Shown one piece after another: positions 57,073 through 64,000 of a stretch of 64,000 bases of DNA. Below the pieces are notes generated by a model. The model was not told where the DNA came from and did not search any database. It saw only the letters and a list, made by a program, of their open reading frames with translations. Origin of the DNA: Rebecca billardiae RCC1528 (lineage: Eukaryota; Protista; Haptophyta); contig OZ251224.1 of assembly GCA_965240325.2 (NCBI GenBank), positions 3,658,001-3,722,000 on the forward strand, written 5' to 3'. Positions within the stretch are counted from its first letter, which is position 1. Every line of letters starts with the position of its first letter. A program made the translations under genes and the position numbers.

Positions 57073-58506
57073 ATGGCGGGAGAAGACGTCGTGCAGCAGG
57101 CGCTCGAGCTCAAGGACGAGGGCAATGCGCACGTGCGCGCGAAGGAGTGGGCAAAGGCCCGCGACGCGTACACACGCGCCATCGAGCTCGTCACCGACGC
57201 TGAGGCCGACGCGTCCCTCCGGATCGCGCTGCACTCCAACCGCGCGCTCGCGCACCTCGAGCTCGCAGACGCGCAGGCCGCGCGCGCAGACTGCGACCGC
57301 GTGCTCGCGATCGACGCGTCGCACGCCAAGGCGCTCTTCCGGCGCGGGCTGGCGAACGAGGCGCTCCATCGGCTCGATGACGCGCTCACAGACTTGCAGG
57401 CCGCGGCCGACGCGCTGAGCGGCCTCGACAGTGATGTGCTCGCGTCGCTTCGGCGCGTCCGGCGCGCGCGAGCCCATGGCCCCGAGCGGCGAGCGGCTGA
57501 GCTTGCCGATGCGGCTCGAGAGCACGTGGGCGGAGGCGAGCACATGCGCGCCATCGAGTGCCTCACCGAGGCCATCGCACTGCACCCAACCGAGGCGAGC
57601 TACTACGAGATGCGCGCGCGCTGCACCTCCGAGGTTGGCAAGTACGCCGCCACGCTGCACGACGCGGAGAGGCTGGTGGAGATGCGGCCGGACCAGGCAG
57701 TGGGGCACGCGCTCGCCGGGATGGCGCTGTACTGCATGCACGAGTACGAGCAGGCGACGCACGCGTACGGCCGCGCGCTCGGCCTCGAGCCGAGCGCGCA
57801 CAACTACGCGGCCGCGCGCGACGACGCGGCGCGCAAGCTCGGCGAGTCGCTGCGGCACGCGGCGCTCTCCGGGGACGCGGCGCTACTCAGGCGGTACACG
57901 CGGAACAAGATCGCCGACGTCGACAGCACGCGGGACAAGAACGGGTTCACGCCGCTCACGCTCGCCGTCGTCGGCGGCCACGCCGACGCGGTCCAGGTGC
58001 TCCTCGACGCCGGCATCGCCGTTGACGCGAGGGACCGCTACCAGAAGACACCGCTGCACTGGGCGGCGGCGCGCTCGCTCGAGCCCGTGGCGCGGCTGCT
58101 GCTCGGCGCGGGCGCGGACCCACTCGCGCGCGACAAGAGCGGGTGGGACCCACTGCGCGCCGCGGCCCACTCGGGATGCTACGCGCTCGTGCGCGAGCTG
58201 CTCGACCGCGGTGCCTCCGCCTCCGGCGACGGCGGCACCCCGGCAGCTGACGCGCCGCCCCCCGCCGCAGCTGCCGCTGAGCCGACGCCGGCGTCGGCTG
58301 ACGTGCCCACACCTCTCATGTGCGCCGCGCAGAAGGGACACGCGCACGTGTGCAAGCTGCTTCTGGAGCGGCGAGCCGACCCGGCGGCACGCACACCCTC
58401 GAGCGGCCTGCGCGCGCTCGACTACGCCGAGCAGGGTGCGCACCAGGGCGTGGTCGCACTGCTGAAGCCTCTCACCCCAATCGACCGGTTCGAGGAGGGC
58501 CTCTGA
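57073..58506 (+). CDS. TPR and ankyrin repeat protein
   Basis: ALELKDEGNAHV..YTRAI, LHSNRALAHL, KALFRRG (TPR); GFTPLTLA, KTPLHWAA, TPLMCAAQKGH (ANK). Confidence 0.85.
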   Translation: MAGEDVVQQALELKDEGNAHVRAKEWAKARDAYTRAIELVTDAEADASLRIALHSNRALAHLELADAQAARADCDRVLAIDASHAKALFRRGLANEALHRLDDALTDLQAAADALSGLDSDVLASLRRVRRARAHGPERRAAELADAAREHVGGGEHMRAIECLTEAIALHPTEASYYEMRARCTSEVGKYAATLHDAERLVEMRPDQAVGHALAGMALYCMHEYEQATHAYGRALGLEPSAHNYAAARDDAARKLGESLRHAALSGDAALLRRYTRNKIADVDSTRDKNGFTPLTLAVVGGHADAVQVLLDAGIAVDARDRYQKTPLHWAAARSLEPVARLLLGAGADPLARDKSGWDPLRAAAHSGCYALVRELLDRGASASGDGGTPAADAPPPAAAAAEPTPASADVPTPLMCAAQKGHAHVCKLLLERRADPAARTPSSGLRALDYAEQGAHQGVVALLKPLTPIDRFEEGL

Positions 58507-59674
58507 TCGACTGCCACCGAGTCACTTCCGTCGGATGAGATCACCTCTGAGCATGAGTCCGAATGCATGCGCGGTACAGCCACTGCGCGTCGTTATTTAT
58601 GCCTCGTGGCTTGACGAACGTCTTCGGATCTAGTGAGCGCAGGCTGCTTCCGATCTGATGAAGTATAATAATTTATATATGGTATTATGTACTAATTTCA
58701 TAATTTCAGAATAGGATTCGTGAAAGGGCCCGGCGTCGTCAGGCAGCCACAGGCCGCTGCCCCACTCATCATCATGCCAGGCCGCAGCGCAGCAGCCGCG
58801 GTGCAGCCAAAACGAGGCGGGTCACCATGAGCTTCGTGTTGCAAGCAGCCTGGTTGGCATTAGCCTCGGAAGACGCAGGTCGTGCAGAGGGACCGCCCGA
58901 CGGGCTTCGACAATGAGCTGGCAAACAGACGGCGGGACATAATGCGGATGCTGTGAGGAGGAGGCATCACGCAACCGTGAAGCGTTGTTGGGCAGCATCG
59001 GCAGCGTGAGGAAGGGTCCGGGCCGATGAAGGGGTGCTTGTTGACCATCAATCGTCGTGGACTGCCCGCGCGAAAGGAGCAGGGCTGGGAGCAGTGCGGC
59101 CGGACGAGCGCTGTGCTTTGTGGGAGAACCCAGCCAAGCATGGGGCCGTAACTGTCTGATAGGCGGATCGTACGACGTGAAGTCCGCCAGTAGTGCACAG
59201 AGGCCACCAGGACGCCCGTGACACCCACCACGAGAAGCCACAGAAAGGCCGAGCTCTCCATTCTACGAGGGCGTGCGCGCTGAGGGCGTGAGCGTGGACC
59301 GCGCGCACGCCAAGATCGGACAGGGCCCTTAGTTGGCTCCACTCGCGGCCATGGATCGCTGCCCACCGACAGAGGGAAAAAATCAAAAAAAGAAAGGGCA
59401 CTGTTGCCCGTCGGCCGGCGGGCGTAGGTAGCGGGTGGGCAAAAGATTCCCCGGACAGGCGGACAGCCCTCCAGCTCTGACCAGGGCCCCCACCTCTCCG
59501 TCTGGGTGGCAGTAGATTCGTCATGCGTCATTTCAGTGGGGTCTCAGACTTTTGCGGCGAAACGCGGAACCGTGCGCCGCCGACGAGCGTGGGATCCGCC
59601 CCGCGGTACACGCCGCGGCGCGGTGGGTGTGCTGTGCTCGCCTTTGAGGGGGTCGTCCACGGCAGTTGGTCACA

Positions 59675-60451
59675 ATGGCTGCAGCCCCGGCTGGCTCAGA
59701 CGAGCCGCACCACGTGATCACAATCGGAGATCAGAGCACAGAGATGGTGGGCGTCGGGTTGCAAGGACATCGCCCCAATCCGCTGGACACGCAGCAACAA
59801 AGGTCTGAGGAGGATTATGACGACTCGGAGGAGGACGAGCTCATCGACGAGCCGCTGCCCATAACGAACGATGACGTCAAGATCTTGGCTGGGTTGCCCG
59901 AGAAGACCGTCGATTATCTCGACGAGCGCATCATCACCGCCGTGTCGAACCGCTTCCCGTGGCTCCTCGTCCTCATGCTGGTGCAGTCGGTGTCAGGCTA
60001 CGTCGTCTCGCGATACGAGGGCCTGATTCAGCAGCACGTGATCATCGCCTCGTTCCTGACCATGCTCGTCGGAGGCGGAGGGAACAGCTCGGGGCAGACC
60101 GTCGCCGAGCTGGTGAAGCGGCTGCGCACGGGCGAGATCACCTCGACCCACTTCTGGCGCGTGCTGCTCAAGGAGTCGACGATCGGTCTGCTGCTCTCGA
60201 TGGGGCTTGGGATGGCGGCGTTCCCACGCGTGCGTCTGATGCACAGGGGCGCGACCAACGCCGACGCCTTCGCCATCGCGCTGTCGTACACCTTCATCAT
60301 CATCATGGCCAATGCGCTGGCCGTCTGCATCACGATGTGTCTCCACCTCTTTGGGAAGGCGGCTGTCGGCGGCCCGCCGGTCGTGCAGGTACTCGTCGAT
60401 GTGTGCGGCATCTCGATGACGTGCCTTGTGTGTAGCGCGGTCCTACAATGA
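59675..60451 (+). CDS. MgtE-family Mg2+ transporter (membrane domain only)
   Basis: RFPWLLVLMLVQS, FLTMLVGGGGNSSGQT, and PVVQVLVDVCG (conserved TM5 Asp). No CBS domains. Confidence 0.85.
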   Translation: MAAAPAGSDEPHHVITIGDQSTEMVGVGLQGHRPNPLDTQQQRSEEDYDDSEEDELIDEPLPITNDDVKILAGLPEKTVDYLDERIITAVSNRFPWLLVLMLVQSVSGYVVSRYEGLIQQHVIIASFLTMLVGGGGNSSGQTVAELVKRLRTGEITSTHFWRVLLKESTIGLLLSMGLGMAAFPRVRLMHRGATNADAFAIALSYTFIIIMANALAVCITMCLHLFGKAAVGGPPVVQVLVDVCGISMTCLVCSAVLQ

Positions 60452-60982
60452 CGGCTGGTGGCGAGCACGACCACGGACGTCCTCCTGGCTGCGTCACTTT
60501 GCCGCCCCAACGACGTGGCCCCCGGTGTTACTCGTACGATCCGCGGCGCAGTGATGATCATGTCTCATGATCGGCGGCCTGTGTGCGGCGTGACACGTGA
60601 GCCCTGGGCCTCGGGCGCGACGAGTCGGACTCGGAGTGACAATGGCAGTCCGCTGGGGCCGCGTCGGTCGGACGTGAATAGCCTGACTGCGCCGATATGG
60701 CAATGCTGTATAGTTGGTGGCCTAGCCTGCTGAGGCTAGCTTTAGCATGTGACGGGGCTGAACTGACGACGGTTCCCGACTGAGTCTGAGGCGCCATATG
60801 CATGATGATGACGACAGCGACTGACCAGTGACCTCCCCCGAGCCCGAGGGCGAGGCCGAGCACACTCAAAGGTGATAGGGCGTAACGGGCGCGGGCCGCG
60901 GCTCGCGAACGTACGGCGGCGCGGCGTGAGATTCTGAACGCCGGACGCGTGTAAGCAGCATGCAACCTGACGAGTACTCAGC

Positions 60983-61598
60983 CTAGAAGGTCTCGATCTT
61001 GTCCGTCGGGCCGGCGCCGAAGAGGTTGAACTCGCCCGGCTTGCCGAGCGCGCGGAACGGGCCGCCAACGGCTGGCTGCTTGCTGGCCTCCTTCTTCGGA
61101 GCGACCTTAGGCGGCGCCGGCACCTTAGAGATGAACGCCTTCTCCGCAATCTCGCCGAGACCATCGAAGAAGTCCCCGATCACGTCGAACGGGCTGCTGA
61201 AGACGGTCCCCGTGAAGAAGTTGTACTCCTCCGACACCGGCTTGTTCAGGTTGTACGACTGGCCCTGCTTGTCCTGTGTGCGCAGGGGCGTGCACGGCGC
61301 GTGCGCGGGCGAGGAGCGTCAGCCTCGTGTCACCTGACACACTCGAGCAGCCTCGCGTGACGCCAGGCCCACGCGCGCTCACCAGGTACAGAGCCCAGCC
61401 AGCCTCCGAGAGCCATGGCTTCTCCGCACCCTCCACCTCGAGCGAGTCATCGAGAATGTTGTCGAACAATGTCTCGTCCATGCGGAGCGCGCGCGTGGGC
61501 GCGGAGGCCCGCGAACTCCGCGCGACCACGCGCGAGCCCGCCGGGCTGTAGCCCAGGCAGGTGCCAACCGCCGCAAGGAGCACGAACGAGCGGAGCAT
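60983..61598 (-). CDS. plastid-targeted small hypothetical protein
   Basis: Exons 61598-61383 and 61273-60983. Bipartite leader MLRSFVLLAAVGTCLG-YSPAGSRVV..RALRM; mature part begins DETLFDNILDDSLEVEGAEKPWLSEAGWALYL. Confidence 0.7.
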
Positions 61599-61762
61599 GA
61601 TGTGCGAGGGGGTGGCTGCGGAGCGAAGCTGACGTCGCGACCTCCTCGGGATTCCTAATGAGTCCGGGTCGTCCACTTGCGGCTCCCGGACCGGCAGCGC
61701 AGCTTTGTGCTGCCGGCCGCTCCGCTTGGCCAGTGGCCACGGCCTCGACTCGCGCCGTTCGC

Positions 61763-63313
61763 ATGATGCTATCGTGCTCGCGCGCGCGCCTGAGCACGCG
61801 CGCCGCGCGATTGCCCATCGTCGCGCTGGTGGGCGCACCGAACGCGGGCAAGTCGACACTCTTCAACCGCATCGCTGGCCGCGCGAGCGCTCGGCCGGGT
61901 GCCATCTGGCGACCACGTCAGCGCGCGATCGTGTCCGAGGAGGCGGGGACGACGCGCGACCGGTTGTACGGGACGGTCGAGTGGGAGGGGCGCACCTTTG
62001 AGGCGGTCGACACGGCCGGCTTGTACGACGAACCAACTGACCCGTCGGACGCCGCAGTGCGCATGCCCGTCATCCACGCCGCGGCCGAACGGCAGGCGGC
62101 GGCCGCGCTCGCAGAAGCAGCCGTCGTCGTGTACGTCGTGGACGGCACGGTGGGTGCTGGCCCGCGCGAGCGTGCGCTGGGCGCGCGGCTGCGCACCCTG
62201 GGGAAGCCGATCGTCGTGGCGGTGAACAAGGTCGACGGGCCGCACCGCGCGGATCTTGCCCTCGACTTCTGGTCGCTCGGCCTCGGCGAGCCGGTGGCTC
62301 TTTCAGCCGTGCACGGCCTCGGCACGGGCACGCTCCTCTCCGCGGTCGCCGAGCAGCTGGACGCGGTGCAGGCGGCGCGCGAGGCGGCAGGCGAGGAGCT
62401 CGGCGATGCGCTCGACGCGCTCCCACGAGCGCGCCCCCTCCACATCGCCATCGTCGGCCGACCCAACGCGGGCAAGTCGACACTGCTCAACCGACTGCTG
62501 GGCGCGGAGCGCTCGGTTGTGAGCGAGCTCGCCGGCACGACGCGCGACGCCGTGGTGGCGGAGTGCGAGTGGAACGGGCAGCCGATCGTGCTGCTGGACA
62601 CAGCAGGGCTGCAGAAGCGCCCCCGGGATCGCGTCGCCACGGGCACGCCCGACAGCGGCGCGCAGGAGAACGCCCTCCGCGAGCTGTCCAAGTCGACGGT
62701 CGCTCTTGTGCTCTTCGACGCGGTGCAGGGCTTCACGCTGCACGACGCGCGCGTTCTGGCGCAGTGCCTCGAGAGCCACCGCAGCTGCGTGCTCGTGGGG
62801 AACAAGTGGGACGCGTCGGACGGCGCCTTCTGGCCCGCCGTCGAGGAGGCCGCCCGCCGAATCATCCGCAACCTCGACTACGTGCCCATTCTGCCCATGT
62901 CCGCATCGACCGGGGCGGGCGTCTCCGAGGTGCTGGACGAGGCGATGCGCGTGGCGGACGCGCGCAAGGCGCACGTGCCCACCACCGAGCTCCTCGACGC
63001 GATCGAGCACGCGATGCGGCTGCGCTCGCCGCCGCGCGGCACGCGCATCCACCACGCCGTGCAGGCGGACGCGGAGGTGCCCACCTTCGTCCTGTTCGTG
63101 CGCGGGGACATCCCGCCGCGCTCCTACTTGGCCTACCTGGAGGCACGCATCCGCGAGCAGGCGGGCTTCCCCGGCACGCCCCTGCGCATCGTGTGCAAGA
63201 AAGACGCCGTCGACGAGGCGCGTGCGGCCAGGCATGCTCCTCGGCGTGACGATGGGAGGCGCCGCGTGGCTGCGCGTCGCCAGCGTGGCTCGAGCTCTTC
63301 TAAAAGGCGCTGA
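61763..63313 (+). CDS. der: organellar ribosome-biogenesis GTPase Der/EngA
   Basis: Two G domains (GAPNAGKSTLFNR/GTTRD/DTAG/NKVD; GRPNAGKSTLLNR/GTTRD/DTAG/NKWD) plus a KH-like tail (PTFVLFV..YLEARIRE..FPGTPL). Alternative ATG at 61658. Confidence 0.92.
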   Translation: MMLSCSRARLSTRAARLPIVALVGAPNAGKSTLFNRIAGRASARPGAIWRPRQRAIVSEEAGTTRDRLYGTVEWEGRTFEAVDTAGLYDEPTDPSDAAVRMPVIHAAAERQAAAALAEAAVVVYVVDGTVGAGPRERALGARLRTLGKPIVVAVNKVDGPHRADLALDFWSLGLGEPVALSAVHGLGTGTLLSAVAEQLDAVQAAREAAGEELGDALDALPRARPLHIAIVGRPNAGKSTLLNRLLGAERSVVSELAGTTRDAVVAECEWNGQPIVLLDTAGLQKRPRDRVATGTPDSGAQENALRELSKSTVALVLFDAVQGFTLHDARVLAQCLESHRSCVLVGNKWDASDGAFWPAVEEAARRIIRNLDYVPILPMSASTGAGVSEVLDEAMRVADARKAHVPTTELLDAIEHAMRLRSPPRGTRIHHAVQADAEVPTFVLFVRGDIPPRSYLAYLEARIREQAGFPGTPLRIVCKKDAVDEARAARHAPRRDDGRRRVAARRQRGSSSSKRR

Positions 63314-64000
63314 GCCCGGCCCTGTCAGCTGGCAGCTGCGGTGCCGTCAGGTACTCGCGACCCGCGGCCTCGTGCCTCGATGATACGACAGACAGGCGGC
63401 TACAGATACGTGACACGTCATGCTCGTCAGAATGCTGCGATGATGCAGTGGGTGCTCGGGCGGTCTGCATGCTCTCTGTGCAAGCCTGCCAGGCTCAGTG
63501 CCGTCAATGGTGCTGGCGCCGCCCGGAGCCTGCTGACGCTGCGCTACTGTCGAGTGTCGGGCTCGTGGCCCTGTCAAACTAGTGGCCCAGTGGGCCAGTG
63601 GCAGTGGCCAGTCGTAGCTCAAGCTGTTTTGGCCGCCATTGGCGCCCGCTGATCCGACGCATCCACTAGACTGCAAGCAGGGGTTGTGCCTCTAAGCAGT
63701 CTACTGTCTAGCTAGACCTCTCAGAGTAGCCGTCGCCGATATCTGCCATCATCATCCGACGGTCCGGACGATATCTCCCGTGCCACTATTGCGCAGTACA
63801 GTGCGCTGTTAACCGGCAGTACTCGGTGACCGTCTGAGTCAGAGTCTGAGTGTTGACTGTGTTGAGTACTCGTAGTGAGTCCGTCAGCAGACTCGGTCAC
63901 TTCAAGTCCGACACAGCGGACTCTGTATTATCATGTATGTAGTAGTCCAGTCGTAGTTACCGTGAGCCACTGACTAGAGTGACTAATATAGACTATATCA

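Noticed and set aside
58860-59261. Small minus ORF with an N-terminal hydrophobic helix (MESSAFLWLLVVGV...)
   Set aside because: No recognisable domain and weak coding bias; cannot be supported without transcripts.

Overview
This is very GC-rich eukaryotic nuclear DNA with short GT-AG spliceosomal introns (donor GTGCGC-like, acceptor CGCAG). Several proteins have signal-peptide plus transit-peptide leaders, which points to an alga with a complex plastid; a haptophyte of the Pavlova/Diacronema type is my inference. About 22 protein genes can be reconstructed by hand: a class-V aminotransferase, two 2OG-Fe(II) oxygenases, a HAT/TPR protein, a SAM-methyltransferase-like protein, a BSD-ACBP-GST fusion, a TRP-like channel, SEC61-gamma, BLOC1S2, EXO1, an LRR protein, a DUF2306-like protein, a ~2900-aa two-repeat 6TM-CNBD-ankyrin channel, ABCF3/GCN20, a TPR-ankyrin protein, MgtE, EngA/Der and several hypotheticals. 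The most striking non-genic structure is a family of four non-autonomous elements (11.4-13.2 kb, 47.5-49.8 kb, 50.2-51.5 kb, 51.6-54.0 kb). They have asymmetric ends: a 5' terminal hairpin containing a 12-bp motif, the inverted copy of that motif ~45 bp inside the 3' end, and a terminal GACCGCG-GAA-CGCGGTC hairpin. This is Helentron/Helitron2 (DINE/HINE)-like architecture, and the elements carry mosaic, intron-containing captured gene fragments. Also present are a TA-flanked Tc1/mariner-type MITE, a possible decayed DDE transposase, and a pervasive 'filler-DNA' micro-insertion signature in intergenic DNA. All calls are by eye from the sequence; no searches were run.
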